Source: Chiloscyllium plagiosum (lineage: Eukaryota). From it: DNA of 64,000 nucleotides. The stretch lies in assembly GCF_004010195.1 (NCBI RefSeq), contig NC_057711.1:82455590-82519589 (forward strand). Direction: 5' to 3'. The notes beneath the pieces were generated by a model. The model was not told where the DNA came from. It was given only the letters and a program-made list of their open reading frames with translations, and made no database searches. Positions 49,580-63,000 of this stretch are shown piece by piece (position 1 is the first letter of the stretch; the number at the start of each line of letters is the position of its first letter). A program made the translations under genes and the position numbers.

Positions 49580-52500
49580 GTCCATTCCCATTACAATGGT
49601 CTTCGGGCTCTGAGGCTTCCTCCTGGAACAAAAGCCTGAACTATCCACATCTCCATCCACTTTCAAATGGCTGAGTTTGTCCTCACTTTGAACAACTTTT
49701 TAAAGTCTCATTCTTCAGATCAGAGGGGTGTCCTCACCCTTTCACTTCCATCCCACAACAAAGATGGGTCTCCCCAGTGCTCGCTTTTCAAACCATCATT
49801 TCAACCTTCGCATCCAAAGGATCATTAGCCACCATTACTGTCACCTCTACCAAGATGTCACAACCAGGCACATCTTCCCCTCACCTTGATGGTCACCATT
49901 CCATAAATGAAAGTTGCCTCCAGGACATTGCAACACCTCCCACAGCCCCTTGGCATCTTCCCATACAATCACACAAGGTGCATCACCTCTCTGTTTATTT
50001 CCTTCTCCTCACTATCCAAGGCTCCAGACACACCTTCCAGGTGAAGCAACAATTTACTTGCACTTCACTCAGTCTAATGTTATGAAGATGTGGGTGTACT
50101 GTACCTTTAAGAAAGATTAAAAGCTAGCAGAACTACCTGACAACACCAAGTGTTCTGAACAAGATATAATGTAACCTTTTGGTTGAGCAACTAGTGTAGC
50201 TGGTTGCATGGAGACAAAAACAAATTTGAATTAGGCCAATCCGTTTAAATTATACCCAGAAAAAATACCAAACTCCAATCAAGTTTGAATTCAGTATATT
50301 GACAATATTAAAAGCCAAATGACACAATCCGATGCCTTGGGGGTATAAGACCAGGAAAAATTGAACAGTTGAGGGAGAACTGCTAAAAAGACCATAAGAT
50401 GTAGGCTGCTGGTCAGAACTTTGAGAGGTGCTTGTCTAGAGAATGAGTTTGCACAGAGAATATCATCAACACCCTCCTGGAGAGCAAATCTATAGAAGAA
50501 ATCTGTAGAAGAGAAGGTTCGACAGCTGACTGGTTTTGAAATTTGAATTTTCCAGTAAATCCTAATTGGGGGGTTTATCGGGCTAGTATTATAGCAAGGA
50601 AAGTAAAAGATAGGGTAGAGGAAGGAGTTTAAATAGTTGTTAGTTAATTATTCTCTGTTATACTTAAAGAAATAAAGTTGTAACTTTTTACTTTTAAATA
50701 GTTCTTGGCCTCTCGAATTTTCAAATTGCTGCACGGGACAAATTTTTTCTGTGTTGCTGGTTTGAATTAAGCAGGAGGGTTTACCCCGTGATGTAACAGT
50801 TTTGGGACTCATTGTCGGGATTTGAACTGGTTTAGACAGATTTGAATAGATTTGGGGGTACAAAAAACCCAACAGATTTAAACACTTGCAGATTAGCGTC
50901 CTAAATCTTTAAATCAAATGAAGGTGAGACAATTTGTTTAATTACAGTGACTTGTGGTTGATTAAATTAAAAGTGAGAGAAATGGCTCTTAAAATTGCTA
51001 AAGAGGTTCTGGGATTTGAAGATGACACTCAAATTTGCCAAGAACATTTAGAAGGAAAGAAAAAAGCCATAATTTTCAAATTAGCAAAGAAGTTGGATTT
51101 CGGTTTAACCAGAACAAAAGTAAAGCTGAAATTGTAAGGGAATTACTCAAACACTTAAGTGTGTCAGAGAAAGAGACAAGTACAGTAGAGGTAGAAAAAC
51201 TTAAAATTACAATTGAGGAAAATGGAGTTAGAAGATAAACAGTGGGAGAGAGAGAAAACGCTCTTAGCTGAGCAAAGAGAGAGAAGAACAGGAGAGACTA
51301 AAAGAAAATTTGAACTTGAAGTTGCAACTTAGTCAGCAAAGTCATAGTAATGTAGGTAGTAATGTAGGCAAATATGTCAAAACTCTGCCACATTTTGATG
51401 AGAAAGATGTTGAAGCCACCTTTATTTCATTTGAAAAATTGGTGAGGCAGATGGGAGTGGTCCGAGGATTTATAGGTAATGCTAGTTCAGGTTAAACTGG
51501 TAAGCAGAGCTAATAAGGTATTTGCGGCGCTGTCATGTGAGTGGTCAAGATGATAAAGTACAGATATGAGACGGTTATGCGATTATGAAGAGGTTAAACA
51601 GGCTATTTTAAGTGAAAGTGAAGTGGTACCAGAAGTATGTAGACAGCGGTTCAGAAACACAAAGAAGGAACCAGGTCAGACTTATGCTGAGTTCAAAAGA
51701 ATTAAACATAGTCATTTTTGATAGATGAGTGTGTGCTTTGAAAATAGATAGGACCTTTGAGGCTCTACGATAGATTATTCTGCTGGAAGAGTTAAAAAAC
51801 TCACTTCCAGAGATCATAAAAATTCAAGTGGAGGAACAAAGTTCAGGAAGTGAGAAGGACAGCAGAATTAGCAGGTGCATGTTGGTGCATAAGACAAGGT
51901 TCAGGCCAGAATTTCATCCTGTAAGGGATAGAAGTTGGGAGAAAAGGAGATCCTACACTACAGAACCAAGAGTAGAGAGCACTGGTAAGATTTTACCACC
52001 GGTTAAAGAAGCCCAGGAGGTGAAAGGCTTTCAGGTGTTTTCACAGTAATGGAGTGGGATACAGAAAATTACAGTGCTGGTGGTTTTAGAAGGGCATTGG
52101 GAAAAGGTGTTTTCACTGCCAGAAAGATCAGGTTGGAGTGCCAACCTAAGATGAGGAAATTATTGTGGGAGTAATTGACAGAGTGTCAGTTCCAGGAATT
52201 CAGTTTGTTCTCTGGAATGATTTGGCAGGATCCCAGGTGGGTGTGACACCCTTTTGGGGAGAAGCCCAAGGAAGACCAAGAAACTGAGGGGTGAAAACTG
52301 ATATCCTAATATTTTCCAGACTATGTAGTAACCAGATCCCACTATCAAAAGTCACAGCACAAAGCAAATTCTAAAGAAAAAGATGAAGGAGTTGAAGTTC
52401 AGATCGCGGATACTCTGTTTGATGTAATGGTGCAAGAAAAACCTGAACAGGCAGATCAGACAGAAGTGTTTAGTCCTGAAAGGCTAAGAGACTTGCAACA

Positions 52501-55500
52501 GCAAGACAAGACAATAAAAGATATAGTACTCCAAAAAGGAGGCAGAGAATATTCTGGAGGGTTATTATCCGAAAGATAGAAATTTAAGATGGCAGGCTTT
52601 GTACAGGGCAGTCATTGACGTGGGCTCCTCAATAACAGCATTACCAAGGAGATGAGCATGCTGGCAGCTTTGCTGGGGTACAGGTATCTCAATGGGGCAA
52701 AGTGCTATTGACTGTACTCACCTCACTCTGCAACTGCCAATCACTCTGGCAGCTGGAGACTGGGCGGGGAGTCCACACCATTAACATCCAACTGCTGTAT
52801 GACAACAGGTAGTGAATGGAAACAGATCAATGAAGGACTCTAATTTCAAACTTTAAATTTTATTACTACTTTAGACTGAGAAGGACTGTAAAGTCAAACT
52901 TTTAATTTATTTTAACTTATTTCTTTGTTTTTCTACATTTTACCTAAGATTTTGCAGCTAGGTGCCTATATCTAAGATGGTGCCAGGACTGGCGACATTG
53001 TAAATGTTTCAGTGTACTCCTGTATCCCTCCGTGTAAGTACACATGACGGTAAAGCCTCATTCTAATTCTATCTTGGCATCTGTTATGTTGCTTTCATTC
53101 TGCAGCTGTCTGATGTTCCAGGGACATTTGAACCACTCACAAGCCTTAGGGTGACTGCTGGACAACAAGCTTAATGGCTCTTGTACACAAACCATGCACA
53201 AATTCATAGTGTGTACATAATGAAAGTCATGCTTTGATGCCAAGTGTGTTAGGGAAGATCATTGCTGCATTGATACAACATGTCAAGACCTCTTGGGGAG
53301 CCCCGTTGTATTCTTGGCAGAGCAGGAGTCAGAATTTATCTCAGTCTGCTGCACGCAAGGAGAAAGTGAGCACGGCAGATGCTGGAGATCAGAGTCGAAG
53401 AGTGTGTTGCTGGAAAAGCACAGCCGGTCAGGCAGCATCTGAGGAGCAGGAGTATCGATGTTTCGGGCATATGCCCTTCATCAGGAATGAGGCTGGACAT
53501 GCTAGGCAAACGCATTAACATTAAAAGACAGCCCTGCTCAACAATGAGCGCCTCAAGAGGATGAAGAGGGAGAGGAGGAACAGGACGTGTGGAGGGAGCA
53601 GCTGGAGGACGGGAAGAGGAAACTTGGAGAACCCATTTCTGGCAGCACTGTCCTTGAAGGTGATACAGGAAGGGGAAGGTAGGGACGTGGGTTGTGGTGG
53701 GTGGAGTGTGAGAAAGAGAGTTAGGTTTAATAACAGTGCCACCTTCAATGATTTCAGTGTTGGCTATTAGCTATGACTGCAGCAAGGTGCTGAGCACCAT
53801 CTCCTCTGTGGGAATAAGGAAATCCAGCTGTACCTATGACCCTCAGGATATCTCCTGCAGCCTATGGATGTGCACATCGTGTCCTGAAGGAGAGAGTGAA
53901 GATCCCCAAAGAGTACCATGTAATCTGGTCAAAATAGTTGAATAGCTGATAGTGTGTGTGTGCACTGTAAGACCTGACTGTGTGGTTTGCAACAGTGTTA
54001 AATGCTTAAGAGTGTGCTCTTGAAAGTCAGGTATGAGCCCAGAGTGATACAATGGTTGGGATCTGAGATTTAGAGATGTGGTGTTTAATCAGTCTGGAGA
54101 TATTGTTACATTTGGCAGGGTATGGCATTTAAATAAATATTCATTGTATATGTCTAGTTGTGTAATGTCATTACCATTCATATCGTTCATGGAATGCCCT
54201 GCCAGTAGCAGTGGTGGACTCTCCCTCTTTATGGGCATTTAAGCGGGCATTGGATAGGTATATGGAGGATAGTGGGTTAGTATAGGTTAGATGGGCTTGG
54301 ATCGGTGCAACATCGAGGGCCAAAGGGCCTGTACTGCGCTGTATTCTTCTACATGCCAAATGGTCGGTAAGCCACAGGTGGTAACAAAACCAGCACCTTT
54401 GTTGCCAGTTCCTGTATTTTGAAGAACCTTTCACACGGGTTATAATTGATTTACGTAGGTCCCCTCCGAGAACTAAAAGTGGTAGCCAGTACTCGTTAAC
54501 AATAATACATGTGTCTACCAGATCTCTGGAGGCAGTTCCATTACGGAGTATCAAGGCAAAAAGGGTAGTAGAGGAGTTAGTTGCTTTCTTCACACTGTAT
54601 AGGCTACCCAGAGATTCACTCGGACCAAGGGTCAAATTTTACTGCTAGGCTGTTAAGGAGGTTATGGAATACTTGGGTATACAGCATTTTAAATCCAGTG
54701 CGTATCATCCTGAATCCCAGGGAGCGTTATAAAGGTGGCATTAGATGTTGAAGGCCATGTTGAGGGCACACTGTCAGGATTACCTGAATGATTGGAATAA
54801 AGGTATCCCATTCGTATTGTTTGCCATTAGAGATGCCCCAAATGAATGTACTCAGTTCACTCCCCTTGAGTTAATATTTGGGCGTGAAGTGAGATGTCCT
54901 TTTGAAATGAATTGAAGAAAAATTGACAGGATTAAAGTCTGAGATCTCATACTTAGATTATGTATCGGATTGAGGGAGAGATTAAATAGAGTAAGTGAGT
55001 TAGCTAAACAGCACCTAAAGAGGACACAGTGGAGAATGAAACATGTGGCAGAAAAAAGCTCTGCGACTCTGACGTTTTCCCCAGTGGGTGATGTGTTCGT
55101 ACTGTTACCAGCGATAGGATATCCCTTCAAAGCCAGGTTTTGTGGTCCTTATCAAATTGAGAAAAAGGTAAGTCAGTGAACTGTTATGTCACTGGGTAAG
55201 TCCTCCTGTTTAATTTTAACCACCAACACAGAAAAAAATTATCCTGTGCAGCAATCTGTGAAAATTCGAGAGGCCAAGAATGATTTTAAGTAAAAAGTAA
55301 CAACTTTAGTTCTTAAAGCATTACAGAGAATAATTAACTAACAATGATTTACAACTCCTTCCTCTCACCTATCTTTTACTTTCCTTCTACAATACTAGTC
55401 CGATAAAACCCTCAATTAGGATTTACTGAAAAATTCAAATTTCAAAACCAGTCAGCTGTCGAATCGTCTCTTTATACCTTCCTCTATAGATTTGCTCTCC

Positions 55501-56290
55501 AGGTCAGTGTTGATGCTATTCTCTGTGCAAACTCCTTCTCTAGACAGGTACCTCTCAGAGTTCTGACCAGCAGCCTACAATCTGTTGGTCTTTTTGGCAA
55601 TTCTCCCTCAACTGTTCAATTTTTCCCGGTCATATACCCCCAAAGCATCGGATTGTGTCATTTGGCTTTTAATATTGTCAATATACTGAATTCAAACTTG
55701 ATCTGAGTTTGGTATTATTTTTCAGGGTATAATTTAAACTGATTGGCCTAATTCAAATTTGTTTTTGTCTCCATGCAACGAGCTACACTAGCTGCTGGAC
55801 CAAAAGGTTATATCTTGTTCAGAACACTTGTGCTATCAGGTAGTTCTGCTAGCTTTTAATCTAAATTAAAGGTACATCCTCATAACACTAGTCTATGTAT
55901 TTGCTGCTCACAATGCAGTCTCTTCTACAATGAGGAGACAAAACCCCAAACTGGATAACCGCTTTGTAGAGCACTTGCATCAGTCCATAAAAATAGCTCC
56001 AAGCTTCCAGTTGCCTACCACTTCAATGCACCACTGTTTCCATACCAACACTTTTGTTTCAGGCCTGTTGCAGTGCTCCATATAGGCTTAGCACTCTGTC
56101 TGTCTGTCTGTCCCTGTCTCTAGCTTTCTCTACTTATCCATTCACTCCTTTTCCCCTGACCCTTGGCATAAACGCAAATAACACTTTTTCCTGAACAAGG
56201 ATCAATGAACTCGAAGTTAATCCTGTTTTCTTTCCATAGATACAGCCAGACCTGCTGAGTTTCTCAAGCAAATTCTGTTTTTGTTTTAAA
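49580..56290 (+). mobile_element. Old PLE split by the Gypsy insertion (about 49580-50077 and 55888-56290)
   Basis: PLE sequence before the LTR (HTFQVKQQFTCTSLSL) resumes directly after 55887 with GIY-YIG-like ...EETK...DNRFVEHL and a pLTR. Confidence 0.75.
50078..55887 (+). mobile_element. Degenerate Gypsy LTR retrotransposon (possibly Gmr1-like) with inverted LTRs; no RT seen; other repeats nested at about 52590-54350
   Basis: LTR1 50078-50798 (TG...CA); degenerate tRNA-Pro-like PBS about 50803-50821; gag remnant (PHFDEKDVEATFISFEKL); integrase remnant about 54350-55180 (PVFEEPFTRVIID, SAYHPESQG, ARFCGPYQI); LTR2 55182-55887 in reverse orientation; TSD ctaa/ctag. Confidence 0.88.
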
Positions 56291-56860
56291 AATTCTACTT
56301 GTGCTGGGTTCAGAGTCCACTGTTTTGTCCAGGTGTGGTGCTCAAGAAATTGGTTTTTAAAGTCCACTTGACAAACAGAAATATGAGTTAATCATTAATT
56401 TTCCTATAATTCATTGCCAAGGTTAATGACATGCAATTGGGCAATGCATTTCACATCCTAAGTGCAACTGGGAAGCACTGCTGTCATTGAAGTACTTTAT
56501 ATTGTAGAAATGCTAACATGCTATTTATACACAACATCCCACAAAGGACAATGCTAATTATTAAACAGTTTCTATTATGAAGAAGAAATAGAACTTCTTT
56601 CCAACTTTGAATGAGTTTAACTGAAATGTCTGTGGGTGCCAGCAAGTCTGATTCTTGACTCCAGTGCTATCTGCATTTATAAACAGTTGTCAGTTAGTTA
56701 TTTTGTTTGCAGACTGGTGGGAAGAATATAGGGAATAGAGGAAACATCTTGATTTGATTCCAGTTATTACCTCATAATCATACAAATGTTTTCTACCACA
56801 ACTGTCAGTGAATTTCCTTCCTGCATCTTGGCCATTGAACAGTCTCAGCACAGAAAGAGA

Positions 56861-57019
56861 AAGTGAGCATTGCAGATGCTGGAGATCAGAATTGAAGTGT
56901 GGTGCTGGAAAAGAACAGCCAGTCAGCCAGCATCCCAGGAGCAGGAGAATCGACGTTTTGAGCATAAGCGCTTTGATGCTGCATGACTGGCTGTGTTTTT
57001 CCAGCACCACACTTTTCGA
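56861..57019. mobile_element. PLE-terminus-derived fold-back insertion with 17-bp TSD
   Basis: TSD ctcagcacagaaagaga at 56844-56860 and 57020-57036. Confidence 0.82.
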
Positions 57020-58564
57020 CTCAGCACAGAAAGAGATTGTTTGGTGTTTCAGACTTGAGCTGGCTCTCTGCAAGTGCAATGTTATGTTCACTGCCATGGC
57101 CTTTCTTCATAGTTTGCAATGTTTACCTTTCAGATGATCCATTTTCCTTTTGAAAGCCTTGACTATATTTGCTTTTACCAGAATTTGGAAGACCAGGTAA
57201 CCCCATGCTGAAATGACCGAGTCTAGAAGCAACAAATGCATGAAATGAGAGTTTCATGCGTAATTGAGTTGAGAGGGAAAGTAAGGCAAAGGTTATCATG
57301 GGAATGCATACTATGTTGATAATATGACTGACAACACCATTCAGTCAAATAGGCCATTGGTTCTGAACTGACAAATTCACACTCCGATTGTTACCAGCCA
57401 AAGGCTGGAAGTGGAAGATGGTGCACATAATTTGGAGCAATGGGTGAAAGTAATAGTTTCAATCTTCCCAATATAAGAGGAAACTGCTGGTTGTGCACTG
57501 CTAGTATTGGAATAAGCATTCTGATAATTTAGCGACAGTGTGGGACTTGAAAGGAGTGGCTGATGTAGCGTTTGGGTGCCTCTTGCCTATATATGAAAAC
57601 TAATGCTGTGCTTTCAGATGTCTCGGGAGGTAGTATGTGGATGTCCGCATGGGTTTCCTCTGGGTGCTCAGGTTTCCTCCCACAATCTAAAGATGTTCTG
57701 GTTAGGAGAATTGGCCACACTAAGTTGTTCATAGTGTTCAGGGGTGTGTAGGTTAGGTTGGGGGAAAAAATGTACAGTAAAAATGGAGGCTGATACCAGC
57801 AGTCCAACCAAAAGAAATATTAGCACAGAGGGCTCTTGTCCCGTGGTAGTGTCCATACCTCTGAGCAAGAGGGCATGGACTCAAGTCTCAACATGCCCTG
57901 GATATGTCATGACATGCCTAAACAGTTTATTGAAAAATATCTAGGGCTTTTGAGGTGCAATGGTAGTGTCCTTCCCTCTGGATTAGGAGCTTGGGTTCAA
58001 GACCCATCTGCTGAAAGGTGTAATAATGTCTCTGAACAGGTTGATTTATAAAACTTCTCAGTGAAGAAGCTTTTGGAGGGTATGGCGTTGTCAGCATAGA
58101 CATATCAAGTAGATATTGGGAAGATGTTTCCATTGGTAGGAGTGACTAGGACCCAAAGGCATAGTTTTAGAGAAAAGGGAAGACCTTTTAGAACGGACAT
58201 AAGGAGAAACTTCTTTAGCTAGAGTGGTCAATCTATGGAATTCACTGCCACAGGAAGCTGCGGGGACCAGGTCATTCAGTGTATTTAAGATGGAGATAGA
58301 TAGGTTTTTGAGTATCTAGAGTTACAAGGAGAATGGGGTTTAAAAACTTATCAGCCAGATTGAACGGCGGAGCAGACTCTATGGGTTGAATGGCCTAATT
58401 TCTGCTCCTATGTCTTATGGTCTTATGATGAGACATAATTTATCTTTGACCCATTGTATGTTATATGTGACTTTGATAAGCACTGCATTTCCTTGTTCAT
58501 CTACCTTGATAGACAGGAGTAATTGTGTCTACATTTCTGGCTTTTGTTTTTCCTTTTTGTTAAG

Positions 58565-58824
58565 GCATTCCCATTACCAGTGCATCATATTTTGCGAATA
58601 CAACCCTAGATCAACTGAAATATGTGCTACGTTCAGACACTGAAGTTCCAATGCCTTTGATTGAAGAACGTCTCAAAGTACTGAAAGAGGCTGGAAATAT
58701 ATTGCTAGAGAAGTTTGATGGTTCATTCCTTAATTGCATTAAAAAGAGTGAAAACAGTGCTCAGAAGCTGCTCCAGCTTGTAGTGGAAAACTTCCCATCA
58801 TATAGAGATGAAACTATATTTCAG
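58565..58824 (+). CDS. QNG1: QNG1/C9orf64 next coding exon
   Basis: (G)[43 protein letters not shown]...[12 protein letters not shown]. Acceptor ttgttaag, donor CAG|gtgagt; 260 nt, frame consistent. Confidence 0.95.
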
Positions 58825-59171
58825 GTGAGTCTTCTAATGTTAAATCTTCTTTTAGTCAATATTAAAAGGGTTAGGAGAGGGAATTCATTAATTTATGGTT
58901 GATATATAATATTGGCACTAAATAAATGTAAACATTTGCTGTTTGGATTTTTCAAATTGTGAAAGTAGAAAATTATTACAGTGCTTATGATAGCATTAGT
59001 GCACATGTGGAAGAATTATTTCCTGCGATTTTTATATTTTGTTTTGGCTTTTTGCTTAAAAAAAATTAAATGTTCTGAGAAAGGCAGTTCAGTTCAGTTC
59101 ATCTTTCTGCAGAAAAACTGTTGCATCTTTTGTTTATTCGTGATACATGTGGGGTCAAACAAAGACCAAGA

Positions 59172-62100
59172 CAGAGCATAGAACATATTGAACATTTACA
59201 ATGCAGTATACGCCCTTTGGCCCTCGATGTGGCACCAACCTGTGGAACTAATCTATCCTACACTATTCCATTTTCATCCATATGTTTATCCAATGACCAT
59301 TTAAATGCCCTTAAAGTTGGTGAGTCTACTACAGTTGCAGGCAGGGCATTCCACGCCCTTACTACTCTGAATACAGAAGACACCTCTGACATCTGTCCTA
59401 TCTATCACCCCAATGTAAAGCTTTGTGCCCTCACGCTAGCCATCACCATCCAAGAAAAAGGCTCTCATTGTCCACCCTATCTAACCCTCTGATTATCTTA
59501 TGTCTCAATTAAGTCACCTCTCCACTTTCTAGGCAGAAGTGGGTACTGCAGATGCTGGAGATGAGAGTCAAGATTAGAGTGGTGCTGGAAAAGCACAGCA
59601 GGTCAGGCAGCATTAGAGGAGCAGGAAAATTGAAGTTTCAGGCAAAAGCCCTTCATCAGGAATGAAGCTTCATTCCTGATGAATGGCTTTTGCCTGACAC
59701 ATCAAATGTCCTGCTCCCCGGATGCTGCCTGACCTGCTATGCTTTTCCAGCACCATTCTAATCTTGACTCTCAACCTTCTCTCTAACAAAAACAGCCTCA
59801 AGTCCCTCAGCCTTTCGTCATAAGGTGTTCCCTCCATACCAGGCAACGTCCTAGTAAATCACCTCTGAACCCTTTTCCAAAGCTTCCATGTCCTTCCTAT
59901 AATGTGGTGGCCAGAAGTGTATGCAATACTCCCAAGTGCAGCTGATCCAGAGTTTTGTACAGCTGCAACATGACCTCGTGGCTCTGAAACTCAATCCCTC
60001 TACAAATAAAAGCTAACACACCATATGCCTTCTTAACAACCCTATCAACCTGGGTGGCAACTTTCAGGGATCAATTTACATGAACACTGAAATCTCTCTG
60101 CTCACCTAGACTGCCAAGAGTCTTACAATTAGCCCAAAACTCGTTATTCCTGTTACTCCTTCCAAAGTGAATCACTTCACACTTTTCCACATTAAACTCC
60201 ATTTAACATTTCTCAGCCCAGTTCTGCAGTTTATCTGTGTCCGCCTGTAATCTGCAACATCCTACAGCATTGTCCACAACTCCACCGACCTTTAATGTCT
60301 TTCACAAATTTACTAACCCATCCTTCTATGCCCTCCTCAAGGTCATTTATAAAAATGCCAAACAGCAAAGGACCCAAAACAGATCCTTGTGCTTCACCAC
60401 TCGTACCTAAACTCCAGAGTGATCATTGCCCATCAACCACCATCCTCTGTCTTCTTTCAGCCAGCCAATTTTTGATCCAAATTGCTAAATCGCCCTCAAT
60501 CCCATGCCTCCGAATTTTGCGCAATAGCCTACCATGGGGAGCCTTATCAAACACCTTACTGAAATCCACATACACCAGATCAACTGCTTTATCCTCCTTC
60601 ACTTGTCTGGTCATCTTCTCAAAGAACTTGAGGTTTGTGAGGCACGAGGATTATAAATAGCAAGGATTATCAAAGCCAAAAGCTCTGCAATCTCCTCCCT
60701 GGCTTACCAGAGAATCCTAGGATAAATCCCATCTGGCCTGGGGACTTATCTATTTTTGCATTCTCCAGAATTGTTAACACCACCTCCTTGTGAACCTCAA
60801 TCCTGTATCTCAGTATTTTCCTTGACAATGTTGTTTCTTATCCAGTGTGAATACCGGCAAAAGATATTCATTTAACGCTTCTCCTATCTCCTTGGACTCC
60901 ACACACAACTTCCCACTACTGTTCTTGATTGTCCTTAATCTTACTCTAGTCGTTCTTTTATTCCTGATATACCTATAGAAAGCTTTAGCGTTTTCCTTGA
61001 TTTCTATCTGCCAATGACTTCTCATGTCCCCTCCTGATTCTTCTTCGTTCTCTCTTTAAGTCTTTCCTGGCTAACTTGTAACTCTCAAACGCCCTAACTG
61101 AGCTTTCATGTCTCATCCTAACGTAAGCTGCCATCTTCCTCTTGACAAGAGATTCAATTTCCTTAGTAAACCACGGCTGCCTCACTCGACCACTTTCTGC
61201 ATGCCCGACAGGTACATACTTATCAAGGACATGCAGTAGTTGTTCCTTGACTAAGCTCCACATTTCAATTGTGCAGTCTCCCTCCCCATCCTGTGCATCC
61301 TAAATCTTGCCTGATCGCATCATAATTGCCTTTTCCCCAGTTATAACTCTTGCCCTGCAGTGTATACCTATCCCTTTCCATCACTAAACATAACCAAATT
61401 ATGGTACTATTGCCAAAGTGCTTACCTACTCCAAATCTAACACCTGGCCGGGTTCATTACCCAGTACCAAATCCAATGTGGTCTCATCCCTTGTTGGCCT
61501 GTCTACATACTGTGTGAGGAAAGCCTCCTGCACACATTGGACAAAAACTGACCTATCTAAACTACTCTAACTAAAGTATTTCCAATCAATATTTGGAATG
61601 TTAAAGTCCTCCATAACAACTACCCTGTTCCTTTTTTGCTCCTATCCAGAATCATCTTTGCAATCCTTTCCTCTACATCTCTGGAACTATTCGGAGGCCT
61701 ATAGAAACTTCCAGTAGGGCGACCTCTCCTTTCCTGTTTCAGTCCGTACTACCTCAGTAGATGAGTCTTCAAATGCCCTTTCTGCCACCAAAATACTGTC
61801 CTTAACTAAGAATGCCACCCCTCCCCCTCTTTTACCATCTCTTCTGTTCTTACTGAAACATCTAAATCCCAAAACCTACAACAACCATTCCTGTCCCTGC
61901 TCGATGCATGTCTCCAAATTGGCCACAACGTCGAAGTCCCAGGTACCAACCCATGCTGCAAGTTCACCCACCTAATTCTGAATGCTGTTGATGTTGAAGT
62001 AGATCCACTTCAAACCACTTTCCTGCTTGCCGGTGCACTCTTGTGACCTTGAAACCATTCTTCTGATCTCACTACTCTGAACCTCCTGGACACTGGAAGT

Positions 62101-63000
62101 ACAATTTTTAAGTTCCCATCCTCCTGCTGAATTAGTTTACACCCTCCCGAAGTGCAGTAGCAAATCTCCAAACTCTCTCCCCCACCACCACCCCCCATCT
62201 CCCCGTCCCCACCACAACCCAATCCCTGGATATTGGTACCCCTCTGATTCAGGTGTAAACAATCCTGTTTGCAGAGTTCCCACCTACCCCAGAATGAGCC
62301 TCCCTCGCTCTCTCTCTTGCTCTCTGGCTCTTTCTCTCACTCTCAAATCCCCATTCCTTTTCCTACCTATGTCATTAGTGCCTATGTGGTCCACGACTTG
62401 CCCTCTCCCTCAAGGATCCCAAAAACAGGATCCGAAACATCACGAACCCTGGCACCTGAGAGGCAATACACCAACTGTGAATTTCTCTCAGACCGACAGA
62501 ACCTCCTTTCAGTCCCCTAACTATGGAGTCCCCAGTGAGTAATGGTCTGCTCCTCCCTCCCCTTCCCTTTTGAGGAACAGGGACAGATTGTGTGCCAGAG
62601 ACCTGTACCCCATTGCTTACGCCAGTAAGTCATCCCATCCACTGTATACTTGTTGTTGAGGAGAACAGCCACGGGGGATCCCTACACTATCTGTCGGTTC
62701 CCTTTCTGTCCCCTGACTGTAACTCATCTGCCTTTTTCTTGTACCTGAGGTGTGACTACCTCCCTGTAACTCCTCTCAACCCCCTCCACCTCCCAAATGA
62801 TCCAAGGTTCATCCAGCTCCAGTTCCCAAATGTGGTTTTTGAGGAGCTGGAGTTGGGTACACTTCCCACAGATGAAGTCAGCCAGGTCATTTGTGGTGAC
62901 CCTTACCTCCTACATTCAGCAGGAGGAATATTCAATTGTCCTAACCGCCATTCCCACTGTTCCAAATTCCCAAAGAAACAATTGAAATTTTTTTAAAAAA
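59172..63000 (-). mobile_element. Long degenerate CR1 LINE (ORF1 remnant, ORF2 with deletions, 3' tail)
   Basis: VDLVYVDFSKVFDKAPHGRLL, QPWFTKEIESLVKRK, IKENAKAFYRYI; ORF1 CGKC zinc-finger remnant near 62870. Confidence 0.88.
59531..59772. mobile_element. PLE-terminus-derived 210-bp palindrome with two head-to-head hammerhead-like motifs
   Basis: Arms 59563-59667 and 59668-59772, centred on GAATGAAGCTTCATTC with no spacer; degenerate TSD (tccactttct/tcaaccttct). Confidence 0.85.

Noticed and set aside
50078..55887. DIRS element or DNA transposon, because of the inverted terminal repeats
   Set aside because: The internal sequence is Gypsy gag plus a DDE integrase with a GPY/F motif and a PBS-like site; no tyrosine recombinase or transposase is visible.
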